A DNA stretch of 64,000 nucleotides from a virus. Where the stretch lies: the IMG/VR virus record IMGVR_UViG_3300020404_000006, one strand, 5' to 3'. Both the position numbers and the translations under genes were made by a program. Positions 39,169-49,206 of the stretch are shown here, piece by piece; the stretch's first letter is position 1; every line of letters starts with the position of its first letter. The notes under the pieces are model-generated. The model ran no database searches, had not been told where the DNA came from, and worked only from the letters and a program-made list of their open reading frames with translations.

Positions 39169-39393
39169 CTACCAGTCAGGATAAACGTCTGGTTTTTCTC
39201 TCTTTCTTTTCTTCTTTACCCTATCAATAGTACAGGATTTGCACTCATATGAATATGATGATGGCAATACTCCTCTACTCTTTCTGGTTAGATAAAACCC
39301 TTCTGTAAGTGGGTATGTCCTATTACAGACTCTACACTTTCTCTCATGCAAGAATAAAATAGGATCGTCTAAGTCCATCAGAGGTAATCCCAC
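39169..39393 (-). CDS. Small zinc-finger protein
   Basis: CRVC...ECKSC two CxxC pairs; between gp17 and gp18. Confidence 0.7.
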   Translation of the reverse strand: MGLPLMDLDDPILFLHERKCRVCNRTYPLTEGFYLTRKSRGVLPSSYSYECKSCTIDRVKKKRKREKPDVYPDW

Positions 39394-41036
39394 ATGTATG
39401 ATCTATCGCCATATTCATCTACATTCCATCTAGTTCCTTCGTTATCTACAAATGATTGTTCTTCTTCCAATCCATCAGCTATGAATCCAAATGGTGCCAT
39501 GTCTGCCTCTATCTGATCTCTTTGATCATCATAGACTCTCTTTCTTATATCATCGTCAGTCATCTCTTTGAAATAATCTTGCATCACCAACCATGCAAAT
39601 ATGACCAAACACATGGCAAGGTCATCATTACAACCTTCCTCTGCCTCGAACGAGTTTGCTTTTTCGATAAAGGTAGTGAGTTCTGCAATAATATTGTAAT
39701 CATTGATAAGTAACTTATCAGATTCAATGAGTGTCTTAAGGTTCAAAGCGCCAATTTTCTTCACAGTCTTAGACATCTTGACTCCTAGTTGCACCTTACT
39801 ACCAGAGAATCCTTGTCCTAATACTTGTCCAGCTCTACCTCTTACAGCAGTCATCAAAACGTTTTCGTATTCTAAATCATAAAAAAGTATCGATGCAATC
39901 TGATCTCCTATGTCATTTACCTCACATAGAATAAAAGCATTATTATATGCCTTAGCAAATTCTTGAATGACTGTAGGAAATAACATTGGTTTTATAGTGT
40001 TATTTCTATACTTAGCAACTACCCTGTAAGGAAATGTAGTGGTGTCAAAGACAATGAAAGCAGAGTAATCTTTCTCCACACCTCTTGCAACGTCTACCGT
40101 AATTGAATAATTGTGTTTATCTATTGGGTTTTCATATATCTCACCGCCTCTCTTTCCAGTATTGATTGGTTCATCATATACCATAGACTTCAACTTAGAT
40201 GGTGAAATCAGTGTATCAACAGATCCTAAGAACTCACACTCAAACTCAACACGGAACTGTGCTTCTGATGTGTTCTTGATCGTCTGTTCTTTCCACGCTT
40301 CATCTCTGCCTGGCACTTCCGACCAGTGAACGTCTGTGGTGACGTATTCATTTCTACCTAGTTCTGCATCATGCCACAGTCGGTAAAAGTGATTCATACC
40401 ACGAGGGGTAGAAACAATAATTACCTTAGTAGACTTACCAGAACTAATAGTAGGATATACACTACTAAAGAAATCATCTGCTAAATGGTTGGCAACGAAC
40501 GCAAATTCGTCCAAGAATATAATATTGAATGACATACCTCGAACAGCTGATGCAGAGGTAGATGCCGCAATGATCTTGGATTTGTTTTCCAACTCCATAG
40601 ATCCTTTGTTCCATGCAATGATACCCTGTTGCATCCACTTGGGCAAGTTCTCATATGCAATTTGTAATCTACCTAGTAGATCTCTGGCAGTCTGAGCTTT
40701 GTTTGCAAGAATACCTATAGTTACACTATCATTGAAGATGGCATAGTGCAACAGATAAGATACCACAGTCGTTGACTTACCTGACTGTCGAGGCATCTTA
40801 CAGATGTTGAATCTGTTATTATGGAAATTATTAACTAACTTCTCTTGGAAGTCATACATCTTGAATGGTACTAGACCTTCATCCAAGTTGATGATCTGTA
40901 CATACGTCTGTGCAAAATACACAGGATCTTGAGCGCACTTTAAAAACTCAGCAACTTGTTTCTTTGTAAAGTTCTGAGCAACGTTTGCTTTTTTTAGATT
41001 AGGGTTTCCAAGGTATTGTACATTATTATCAGGCAT
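39378..41036 (-). CDS. 17: Terminase large subunit gp17
   Basis: MPRQSGKST, IFLDEFAF, STPRG, DVARG...DYSA, NDDLAM. Confidence 0.98.
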   Translation of the reverse strand: MPDNNVQYLGNPNLKKANVAQNFTKKQVAEFLKCAQDPVYFAQTYVQIINLDEGLVPFKMYDFQEKLVNNFHNNRFNICKMPRQSGKSTTVVSYLLHYAIFNDSVTIGILANKAQTARDLLGRLQIAYENLPKWMQQGIIAWNKGSMELENKSKIIAASTSASAVRGMSFNIIFLDEFAFVANHLADDFFSSVYPTISSGKSTKVIIVSTPRGMNHFYRLWHDAELGRNEYVTTDVHWSEVPGRDEAWKEQTIKNTSEAQFRVEFECEFLGSVDTLISPSKLKSMVYDEPINTGKRGGEIYENPIDKHNYSITVDVARGVEKDYSAFIVFDTTTFPYRVVAKYRNNTIKPMLFPTVIQEFAKAYNNAFILCEVNDIGDQIASILFYDLEYENVLMTAVRGRAGQVLGQGFSGSKVQLGVKMSKTVKKIGALNLKTLIESDKLLINDYNIIAELTTFIEKANSFEAEEGCNDDLAMCLVIFAWLVMQDYFKEMTDDDIRKRVYDDQRDQIEADMAPFGFIADGLEEEQSFVDNEGTRWNVDEYGDRSYMWDYL

Positions 41037-41039
41037 GAT

Positions 41040-41291
41040 TTATGCGTCAATTACTAATAGGGGTTTCGTAGGGTCTTTGTCACTGGCATCAAAGTATAAG
41101 ACTTTACTGCCTGGATATACTTTGTTCAATTCATACTGAACATTCTTTTTTAAGGGTCGTGCTCTTTGAGGAAAAAACATCTGAATGAACTTAGTCTGTC
41201 CTCTAAATTGAAAAGTAATAGTATAGGTTGCACCATACTTATTCAATCTCTGCCAGTTACCTTCTTCGTTGATTGATTTGAAACTTTTCAT
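41040..41291 (-). CDS. Hypothetical protein
   Basis: QMFFPQRARP...YPGSKVL; between gp16 and gp17. Confidence 0.7.
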   Translation of the reverse strand: MKSFKSINEEGNWQRLNKYGATYTITFQFRGQTKFIQMFFPQRARPLKKNVQYELNKVYPGSKVLYFDASDKDPTKPLLVIDA

Positions 41292-41725
41292 TTGGTGTCC
41301 TTTTTCATTTGTTTTAACATCTTTTGTAAGTCAGCAGTGCTTCCTACAAACAAAGAGTTATTAGTAACATTGGTAGTATTCTTCTCTTTGACCTCATCAA
41401 TGTCCTTCATTTTTTTCTGGAGATCAATTAGTTTATCTGCTGTATCTGCAACGTGTTTGATAAGTTGACCAGCAACCTCATACGCCCTTGCAGAGTCAGA
41501 CTGTTGTGCAACATCTAATGCACCGTCCACTGCCTCTTGACCTTTCTCTACTAAAGAATACAACTGAGCTCTACTATATTTGTAGTCCTTCTCTACGTCT
41601 TCTTCATCAGACTTGAGGTGTTTAGGACTAGTTCTTGTAGGTTTGGCAACAGGTTCTTTCTGTATTATTTCAGAAGAAACCTCTAGTGCCTCATCTATAG
41701 AGTCGAAGTTCTCATCTTCAATCAT
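41288..41725 (-). CDS. 16: Terminase small subunit gp16
   Basis: DYKYSRAQLY, ARAYEVAGQLIK, NNSLFVGSTADLQK. Confidence 0.93.
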   Translation of the reverse strand: MIEDENFDSIDEALEVSSEIIQKEPVAKPTRTSPKHLKSDEEDVEKDYKYSRAQLYSLVEKGQEAVDGALDVAQQSDSARAYEVAGQLIKHVADTADKLIDLQKKMKDIDEVKEKNTTNVTNNSLFVGSTADLQKMLKQMKKDTK

Positions 41726-42804
41726 TTTTCAACGTCCCTACTTTGGCTCTCAGAGTAGATAGTTCCATCTGATTTGTAATCTGTGACAGTTTCACCGAAT
41801 CCAAAATCATCACCAAACTCAACTACCCTTTCGATGATTTGAGTATCATCTTGAGCATTGATAACATTTATAGGAATATTTATGTCATGTGCTACAATTT
41901 CACTAGTAAACTCACCTCTCTTAACTGTTAGTCTATTTCCAGATACACCTCTAATCAACATCTTCTCATCATCAATTTGTATGTAATCACCTTTATTGAA
42001 TGGAGTTGCACTGTTGACATTAAATTCCGTTACTGTGGTATCAATAACCTCATTTGTTCTAGCGGTGTCATCTGTATTGTAATCTTGGACTGCAATAGGA
42101 ACAGCAGTATATCTTTGTTGCCTTGTTGCGATCTTGATGTTTTGTGTCTCTGAATAGTAATCTGTCTGTACTTTCTTGATAAGTCCGTCACTACTGTTGT
42201 TAACAGGTCCGAATAGGTATGTCTTACAAACAAACGATAACGTATATACTAATGCTCTTCTGGTGAGGAAGTCATCCTCATAGTTATCTTCCATCTGGAT
42301 CCCCTCCAGAGTGATAGGCATATCTCTTTTCTCTCCAATGATATCTACCAAATCAATAGTAAGATTAAATGCTGGTTGGAAGTAAGGAAGTATCTGTTCT
42401 AAAATCTGTATCGCATCCTCATTCAATTTTGCAAGGATACTCAGTTGCATATTGATGTTATATGGAACTGGCATGAATGTCTTAACAAGATTTTTAGTCT
42501 TCTTATTGACCGACTTGAAAGATTGCATAGTTGATACCTTTCTTGTCGAATCATAATTCATCCCAACCACTTCAAAAGACATCCTTGGTAGAGTAAGTGT
42601 TGTACCAACACCATCTTGATAATCTCTACCTTGAGTCACTCTAGCTAAAAATTTCTGCTGAGGTCCATACGACACTGGCACCTTTATAACACTGACTGTC
42701 TTTCCTGACTTGTCAGTATGTTGTATTTCTATATTATTAAAGAGTGTTCCAAAAGACACGATTGTCTTCCGAATAATCTCATGATAGAAGTGATTCGTTA
42801 ACAT
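41722..42804 (-). CDS. 15: Tail sheath stabiliser gp15
   Basis: HFYHEIIRKTIVSFGTLFN, LPRMSFE, PVPYNI, EQILPYFQP. Confidence 0.94.
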   Translation of the reverse strand: MLTNHFYHEIIRKTIVSFGTLFNNIEIQHTDKSGKTVSVIKVPVSYGPQQKFLARVTQGRDYQDGVGTTLTLPRMSFEVVGMNYDSTRKVSTMQSFKSVNKKTKNLVKTFMPVPYNINMQLSILAKLNEDAIQILEQILPYFQPAFNLTIDLVDIIGEKRDMPITLEGIQMEDNYEDDFLTRRALVYTLSFVCKTYLFGPVNNSSDGLIKKVQTDYYSETQNIKIATRQQRYTAVPIAVQDYNTDDTARTNEVIDTTVTEFNVNSATPFNKGDYIQIDDEKMLIRGVSGNRLTVKRGEFTSEIVAHDINIPINVINAQDDTQIIERVVEFGDDFGFGETVTDYKSDGTIYSESQSRDVEK

Positions 42805-42825
42805 AATATTAGCACTTTATGAAAC

Positions 42826-42832
42826 TATTTAG
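42826..42832 (-). promoter_or_regulatory. Late promoter variant CTAAATA
   Basis: Upstream of gp15. Confidence 0.6.
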
Positions 42833-45117
42833 AATTCCCCAAAAGGATTTCTTTCTGTGAAGTCTAAAATTTGATCTGCCTCTGTTTCTATTTCGTCATT
42901 TGCAGCGAAAGGAACGTCATTAAATTCCTCATCAGTAGAGAGGATTCTGTAACTTGCAGCAGCACCAACGATTGTTTGTCCTACTATAAAGTCACCACTT
43001 GCCGCAACAACTTTGAGGATGTTGTTTGCAGTATCCCAGTTAGCAACGTATGCACTTGTGCCTGAAGATACTTGTGTTACTATCTCATCAATTTCAAACT
43101 CTCCGAAGAAATCACTTGTTACTGATTGGATACCAACATATGCGGTTGTATTAGTATAACCAGCACCAGCATTACTATATCTAATCTCTGTAACTGTACC
43201 AGCAGTGCTAATGATTGCCTCTGCCTGTGCGTTCTGTAAGAGAGGTATTGTCTCGTTAGACTGTTGTATATACACAGAAGTAATACCAACTGTAGGTGTA
43301 AACGTATATCCTCTACCACCAGTAGTAATTCCTATAGGTCCTAAAACTGCATCAGAAACTATAGCAGTGGCAGCCGCTCCAGATATAGGACTACCCCCAC
43401 TGAATACAACTAGAGGTGGTGTTGTATATCCTGTGCCTGGATTTGTTAGTAAGATTCTATCAATAGCTTGATTTGAAATACCATCTCTAGTTGTCATAAT
43501 TGCAACAGCAGTTGCTTGAGTTCCTATATCTGGTTGTTCAATAGTCATGATAGGAATTGAAGTATATCCCCATCCCTCGTATTCTATTGTCAATGCAGAA
43601 ACAACTCTATTTGCATCAGTTGTAGCTCTGACTATAGGAAGTTCATTATCTAATTTACGAATGAACTGTGCAGTGGTTCCTGTTTGTGCATCTGTATTCT
43701 GGGATGTTTCAGTGCCTGGCACTTGCGATGCAGTAGAACCTCTAAGTGCATTATCACCAGTTAAGTTAATAGTGATGTGGTCTAAGTAACCTTCCCATGA
43801 TGCAGTTTGTGAAGGAATGAAACCTTGTCCTGAAGCATCAGCACCTAAATTCAGGAGATCGCCTGCAAAGAACATGATTGGGTTTGCAGTATTGAGACTG
43901 TTACTTACAGTTCCATTTACAGATATAGTTGCATCAGTATTGTACTGTTCTACTCTGATAAAGTTCCAAGCATTTAGATTCAGTTGTGTAGTATTTTCAA
44001 TAGATCCAGAACCAGAAGCAAAGATAATATTACCTGTTTCTCTATAGTATATCTTAAATCTATCAGTCCACATGATAGTTCCACCATTCACTGCTGGATC
44101 AAACTTAGTTGGATATAACCAGAAACTTAATGATAATCTACCATCACCAGTATCTCTAGCATCTACGTTATTTGTAAACTTAAAGTTAGCACCAATTACA
44201 TCTGTTATAGATGTATGATGGAGTGAGTTGTTACCAAACTGTATCTGAGCAGATGTAGTTTTGTTTGGAGGTGTAAATGAAATACTAGGAACACTGAGAT
44301 AATTAGATCCAGCATCAGTAAGAGATACAGTATCAATACCACCTTCAGCGATAGTTACTGTACCAGTTGCTTGGTTTCCTCTGGTTGGTTTGAAGATCTG
44401 TACAGAGGGAGTTCCTTTGTAATTACCATCATCTACTAGTTGTATGCGTTGAATTGATTTCACGCCTGGAACTGTAGATGCCAGAGACACATATGCTAAA
44501 GCGTTCTCGTTATCATCTCTCTCTAACCTAAGAGTAATCATATTGCCGCGAGTGATGATACCATCATCCACATCTTCACCATTCTTATCAGTAAGTCCAT
44601 CAGGTAGATCGATAACTTCATCTTCTGGTTCAAAGATCTCACATCTAAACTCATACATGAAGAGTTCATTTAACTGGTAGAAAGGAACTTTTCTTTCAAT
44701 ATATTTGATTTCAAATAGAGCGTTGTCAAGAGGTAGATATATCAAATCTCCTTCATTTGGATGAGCCGCATTTGCCCTTTCCCCTTCTGGGAACTGCTTT
44801 ATGAATGGAGTAATAAAATCATCATACCTTTCTTTAGATACTACAAGAGTAATCTCATCCTGATCTCTAACACCAAACTTAGTCAGAACATCAGAAGGAG
44901 TTCCAAATCCATCTACATTAGTAAGGTATGCTTCCAATCTAAAACTATCGTCAAACTTAGACGCAGTAATCTCTCTGATTACTGTGTTCTGATTGATGAT
45001 TCTTCTAGGAAGATACAATACATCCTGTCCGAACAATTTTAAGTGTTCGTTCACCAAGTCTTGAACTAGTCTTTGTTCACTTGGAGATCCATGTAAAAAG
45101 AAAGGTGATAGAGGCAT
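42829..45117 (-). CDS. 14: Neck protein gp14 with large internal insertion (LamG-like domain + GxGY repeats)
   Basis: N-terminal gp14 motifs (EQRLVQDLVNE, PNEGDLIY) and C-terminal FTERNPFGEF flank ~480 extra residues. Confidence 0.88.
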   Translation of the reverse strand: MPLSPFFLHGSPSEQRLVQDLVNEHLKLFGQDVLYLPRRIINQNTVIREITASKFDDSFRLEAYLTNVDGFGTPSDVLTKFGVRDQDEITLVVSKERYDDFITPFIKQFPEGERANAAHPNEGDLIYLPLDNALFEIKYIERKVPFYQLNELFMYEFRCEIFEPEDEVIDLPDGLTDKNGEDVDDGIITRGNMITLRLERDDNENALAYVSLASTVPGVKSIQRIQLVDDGNYKGTPSVQIFKPTRGNQATGTVTIAEGGIDTVSLTDAGSNYLSVPSISFTPPNKTTSAQIQFGNNSLHHTSITDVIGANFKFTNNVDARDTGDGRLSLSFWLYPTKFDPAVNGGTIMWTDRFKIYYRETGNIIFASGSGSIENTTQLNLNAWNFIRVEQYNTDATISVNGTVSNSLNTANPIMFFAGDLLNLGADASGQGFIPSQTASWEGYLDHITINLTGDNALRGSTASQVPGTETSQNTDAQTGTTAQFIRKLDNELPIVRATTDANRVVSALTIEYEGWGYTSIPIMTIEQPDIGTQATAVAIMTTRDGISNQAIDRILLTNPGTGYTTPPLVVFSGGSPISGAAATAIVSDAVLGPIGITTGGRGYTFTPTVGITSVYIQQSNETIPLLQNAQAEAIISTAGTVTEIRYSNAGAGYTNTTAYVGIQSVTSDFFGEFEIDEIVTQVSSGTSAYVANWDTANNILKVVAASGDFIVGQTIVGAAASYRILSTDEEFNDVPFAANDEIETEADQILDFTERNPFGEF

Positions 45118-45936
45118 TTATCCAACAAAGTCTAGGGGTGGCATTGCATACTCTTGCATTAACTTCTCATCGAGTTTTTCTAACTCTCCTACTGCATCGT
45201 CATATATCTGTCTACCATTCAGTTCTAATCCGCCAGGTAACTTAACACCAGTGAACTTAATGAGATTCTGACCCCATTGACGTTTGATGAGTGACGTTAC
45301 ATACATCTTCAACCAGTGATCATTGTAAACATTGCTTTCACTTTCTGGGTCTACAACTCTAAAACAGTCTATAATTAAGAAATTATTATCAGTTAGTTCT
45401 TTTACATTCAGATCCATGTATAATCTACTGTTCTTCTTATTAAATCTTACTTGAACATCGGGATTCAACATGTAATCTAGAGTTTCTAGATATGATTTTG
45501 TCATGGCATAGTTCAATAAATCGATCGCTCCGTAGTAGTATAAATCATTAAGGAAGATCTGATATTTGATATTGAACATACCCGCCGAGATGGTGGATGA
45601 GTCCATTTTAAATACCTTATTGACTGCAATAACAGTATCAGGTAGTGGAAGGTAGTTTGCACCCTCTGTATAGTCGATAGAAGCAATGCCGCCAGCAGTG
45701 CTGGTTGCAGTTGTAGTAGAAGCAACACCAATCATGGTTTGTTTCTCTTGTTCAGTAATCTTATGCTTTAAGAATACTCTATCAATACCTTCACCATGTC
45801 TTTCATGAAACAACTGGATGGCATCGTCGATTAGATCATCTATCTGATCATCGTCAACATTGATCTCAAGAACAGGCTTTCCAAGTTTCCTAAGAGCATA
45901 TTCTTTCAATCCGTCTTTACTATTGGGTTTTGCCAT
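45118..45936 (-). CDS. 13: Neck protein gp13
   Basis: LKEYALRKLG.PV.EINVDDDQ, KRQWGQNLIKF.G..LPGG..LNG. Confidence 0.95.
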   Translation of the reverse strand: MAKPNSKDGLKEYALRKLGKPVLEINVDDDQIDDLIDDAIQLFHERHGEGIDRVFLKHKITEQEKQTMIGVASTTTATSTAGGIASIDYTEGANYLPLPDTVIAVNKVFKMDSSTISAGMFNIKYQIFLNDLYYYGAIDLLNYAMTKSYLETLDYMLNPDVQVRFNKKNSRLYMDLNVKELTDNNFLIIDCFRVVDPESESNVYNDHWLKMYVTSLIKRQWGQNLIKFTGVKLPGGLELNGRQIYDDAVGELEKLDEKLMQEYAMPPLDFVG

Positions 45937-45962
45937 TCCCTCTATTCATAAGTTCTCCGAAG

Positions 45963-45969
45963 TATTTAG
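45963..45969 (-). promoter_or_regulatory. Late promoter variant CTAAATA
   Basis: Upstream of gp13. Confidence 0.65.
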
Positions 45970-45973
45970 TTAA

Positions 45974-46660
45974 GTGAAAAAGTATTTTATCGATGAAGCG
46001 GAAACCTTCGCTATCAACACCCCTGTAGACGCAACTGTAGAACTCATGGGATGGGAGGAGTTCCCTGTAGTTTACATTGATAACTTCTACAAGAATCCAG
46101 ACAAGGTAAGGAATCTGGCATTAAGAACACCAGGCACCAAATGTCCCAGAATACTGGGTGGAGTTCCTGGCGAGAGAGTAGATATGAATATGAATCTTGA
46201 TCATATGCACGAAATATGGCTTGAAATAGCAGAGAACGTGTATGGATTAGAACAGAAAGATAGAAAGGCATTTGAAATGTCATGTATGAACGTCTCCTTT
46301 TCAGTCAATGTTACTCAGTCTCATTATAGAAGAAAAAAACCACATATAGATTTATCAGATGTATCGGACAGGGGATGGGCTGGTGTCGTGTATCTCAACA
46401 AACCCAAAGAATGTAAGGGTGGCACTGGGTTTTATACATATAAAGGACAACAAGTTAATCCTAGACAAGATGGAATATGGCAAGAGGAACATGTTTCAGA
46501 TAGTGTAGGTCCATGGGATCTGATACACCTTGCTGAGATGAAATATAACAGAATGGTAATGTATCCATCAAATGTTCTTCATGCCCCTTATGATAAGGAA
46601 GGATTCTTCACTGACGACATATACAGATTAACTCAAGTATTTTTTATACCACTAACATAA
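45974..46660 (+). CDS. DUF6445-like 2OG-Fe(II) oxygenase
   Basis: VVYIDNFYKNPD.VR, PHID, WAGVVYLN, GGTGFY, MKYNRMVMY...LHA; GTG start. Confidence 0.75.
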   Translation: MKKYFIDEAETFAINTPVDATVELMGWEEFPVVYIDNFYKNPDKVRNLALRTPGTKCPRILGGVPGERVDMNMNLDHMHEIWLEIAENVYGLEQKDRKAFEMSCMNVSFSVNVTQSHYRRKKPHIDLSDVSDRGWAGVVYLNKPKECKGGTGFYTYKGQQVNPRQDGIWQEEHVSDSVGPWDLIHLAEMKYNRMVMYPSNVLHAPYDKEGFFTDDIYRLTQVFFIPLT

Positions 46661-47529
46661 TGCACAATATTATTCTTACAGGATCAAATGGGTTTATAGG
46701 TAAAGCATTTGCAAAAAGAATTGGAGGTGAAAATTTATATCAAGTAGAACAATCACATGCTTTTGAGTTCTTGAATCAGTATGATAAGTGGGATGAGGTA
46801 GATTACATCCTTCATCAAGGAGCAATATCAAGTACAACTGAGACAGACGTAAGTAAGATTCACAAATACAACGTAGAGTTTTCAATCAAACTATTTGAAA
46901 AAGCAATAGAACACTCTATTCCAGTCAAATATGCCTCAAGTGCATCTGTCTATGGTAAGATACATGCTGACTTTGGATACTTAAAAGGAACTATCAATCC
47001 CTTAAATTTCTATGCACTGAGCAAAGCAACTGTAGATTATTGGGTTCTAGATCACATAGATGAGTTTGAATTGATACAAGGATTTAGATACTTCAACGTG
47101 TATGGAGAAGGTGAAGAACATAAAGGAGATCAAGCAAGTCCTATAAGTAAGTTTACCAAACAAGCAAAAGAGGATGATATAATCAAACTCTTTGAAGACT
47201 CAGAATATGCCTTTAGAGATTTTGTATGTGTAGATGATGTGGTAGATGTTGTCCTAGATAATACGGCAGGGAGCGGCATCTATGATGTTGGGACTGGCAA
47301 TCCTATCTCTTTCCAAGAGGTTGCAGAATTGATTGCCAAAAAAGAAGGGGCGGAGATTGAAGTAATCCCCTTCCCCAAACATCTAGAAGGTAAGTATCAA
47401 GAATATACATGTGCAGATACCTCATGGTATCAACATGATTATAAATCAGTATCCGAATATCTTAAATTACCAGCAACAACTACTCTACCATCACATTCAT
47501 TTTCTGGCACAGAATGTAGTTCATCTTGA
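46660..47529 (+). CDS. hldD: ADP-L-glycero-D-manno-heptose 6-epimerase
   Basis: TGSNGFIG, HQGAISSTTE, YASSASVYG, YALSK, GFRYFNVYG...HKG..AS are HldD-specific. Confidence 0.88.
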   Translation: MHNIILTGSNGFIGKAFAKRIGGENLYQVEQSHAFEFLNQYDKWDEVDYILHQGAISSTTETDVSKIHKYNVEFSIKLFEKAIEHSIPVKYASSASVYGKIHADFGYLKGTINPLNFYALSKATVDYWVLDHIDEFELIQGFRYFNVYGEGEEHKGDQASPISKFTKQAKEDDIIKLFEDSEYAFRDFVCVDDVVDVVLDNTAGSGIYDVGTGNPISFQEVAELIAKKEGAEIEVIPFPKHLEGKYQEYTCADTSWYQHDYKSVSEYLKLPATTTLPSHSFSGTECSSS

Positions 47530-47897
47530 AAAATGACACACATTCCTTCATGTGGTTGAATAATATATCCATCAAAGTTTAAAGGAGAACTGCCTGGCGG
47601 AGTAGAAACATAGTAAACAAATGAATACTCACTTTTGCCATGTCTATGTTCGTAAGCAAAATCACCGTAATTATATACAGCACCCCATAATTGATATTCT
47701 ATTTTATCTGAATCTAATTCTAATTTTTCTACAACCCAATCTTTTAACTTAATAAAAGGTTTAGGGTATGTATTGTATCCTGTATGTTTTTCTACTGCAA
47801 GATTAGTAAATTCATCTGTGTCATTAGGCAAAAAATCTATCCATGATCTTAGTTCTTTGTTCAGAGATAAATCAGGATAATCTACAATATCAATCAT
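47439..47897 (-). CDS. Putative 2OG-Fe(II) oxygenase
   Basis: EHRHG (HxH), SFVYYV, LHSV, RVVVAGNL. Confidence 0.7.
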   Translation of the reverse strand: MIDIVDYPDLSLNKELRSWIDFLPNDTDEFTNLAVEKHTGYNTYPKPFIKLKDWVVEKLELDSDKIEYQLWGAVYNYGDFAYEHRHGKSEYSFVYYVSTPPGSSPLNFDGYIIQPHEGMCVIFQDELHSVPENECDGRVVVAGNLRYSDTDL

Positions 47898-48495
47898 TGT
47901 ACATGGGCATATCGTAGTTTAGATTTATAAAAGCAGTTAGTATATACTTGTCGTGAGATATATTAATATTAGATCCGTGTGGGAACATCCAGTTACAGGG
48001 GAATATAAGTATTTTGCCTCTTTCACATCTACATCCAATATTCCAATCAGGAAAGAATGTTTCTCCTCCCTCATCCACATCATTTAGATATATGATGCAG
48101 GCAAATAATCTAGATATAGTTCCTCCATCTAGTTGATCTACATGAGTTTTAAATATACCTTCTCCCTTTGGATACACTCTGATTGTATAATCTAATATTG
48201 CAAGATCTGATGCTGGTAATACTGGTAGTTCGCATCTATAGTTCATGTATGCGTCTTGAATAACTTGTGTCATCAAGTTTGCATACTTATGGTTAGGTTC
48301 AAACTGAAATTGAGTACAATTTTTATGATCCTTGTTTACTAACTTACCTTTATATTCACCATCAATAAAATGTTCTACTTTGCCATCATCATGTAACTGT
48401 GTGTTGTCCCAAAAATATTTTATTAATTCATCACACTGATCTTGAGATAGAACATCTCTTTCAACATATATCATGTCGGTAATGTTCTCTATCAT
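47890..48495 (-). CDS. 2OG-Fe(II) oxygenase (prolyl-hydroxylase-like)
   Basis: HVD, IIYLNDVDEGGETFF, FPCNWMFPHG. Confidence 0.85.
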   Translation of the reverse strand: MIENITDMIYVERDVLSQDQCDELIKYFWDNTQLHDDGKVEHFIDGEYKGKLVNKDHKNCTQFQFEPNHKYANLMTQVIQDAYMNYRCELPVLPASDLAILDYTIRVYPKGEGIFKTHVDQLDGGTISRLFACIIYLNDVDEGGETFFPDWNIGCRCERGKILIFPCNWMFPHGSNINISHDKYILTAFINLNYDMPMYND

Positions 48496-48893
48496 ATAAG
48501 ATCGCCAGCTAAAATTCTATGTGAATCAGAATCCATATGTTCTGTACTGAACTCAAATAGTTCCGTATCTTCCAAAGCATACATTCTATGTTTTAGTCCA
48601 ATAGGTACATGAAATTTATCACCTCTTCTGAGGATCATAGTTTCTGCTTTCTCGATATCATCATCCCATCCGTAATATATTTTTATCTTTCCACTCTGAA
48701 CAAAAAATACTTCGTCTTTTAATTTATGATAGTGCCATGAACATTGTTTTCCTTTTACAATGTACAATAATTTGCCACAATACTTTTCACAGTTGGCGAT
48801 CCATTTTTCAAATCCCCAACCTTTTGCGACATATTTTACTGGTTCTGCTGCACGGGCATTACGAGGTCTTCTACTTGGTCCCAAAGAACTCAT
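48492..48893 (-). CDS. Cupin (sugar-phosphate isomerase-like)
   Basis: KGWGFEKW, SWHYHKLKDEVF, HVPIGLKHR. Confidence 0.8.
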   Translation of the reverse strand: MSSLGPSRRPRNARAAEPVKYVAKGWGFEKWIANCEKYCGKLLYIVKGKQCSWHYHKLKDEVFFVQSGKIKIYYGWDDDIEKAETMILRRGDKFHVPIGLKHRMYALEDTELFEFSTEHMDSDSHRILAGDLI

Positions 48894-49206
48894 TTGCGTT
48901 CACCCCCTTGTCATCTATAAAATAATCTGCATGTGGTTTACCTAGAATCAGAGAGTGATATCTACATCCCCAACTCTTAAGTTGTTGTTCTGTGAGGTCA
49001 AACAATAAAGCAGATGCTTTTACACTTGCATCTGGATCATCACCAAATCTACCCATACCACGGGCACTGAAATAAGTGATATGATTACCCTCATCATATA
49101 ATTTATTTATGACGGCAATACGAGCTGGCCATGATTGTGCTTTGGAGTAATCCCTACCCAATGTGGGTGTGCAGATAGTATTATCAATATCAAAGCAGTA
49201 CCTCAT
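48871..49206 (-). CDS. HAD-family phosphatase (capsule-biosynthesis type)
   Basis: CFDIDNTIC (DxDxT), SARG, GKPHADYFIDDK. Confidence 0.85.
   Translation of the reverse strand: MRYCFDIDNTICTPTLGRDYSKAQSWPARIAVINKLYDEGNHITYFSARGMGRFGDDPDASVKASALLFDLTEQQLKSWGCRYHSLILGKPHADYFIDDKGVNANEFFGTK

Noticed and set aside
39169-39393. Zinc-finger ORF as a homing endonuclease
   Set aside because: Only 74 aa with two CxxC pairs and no HNH or GIY-YIG catalytic core.
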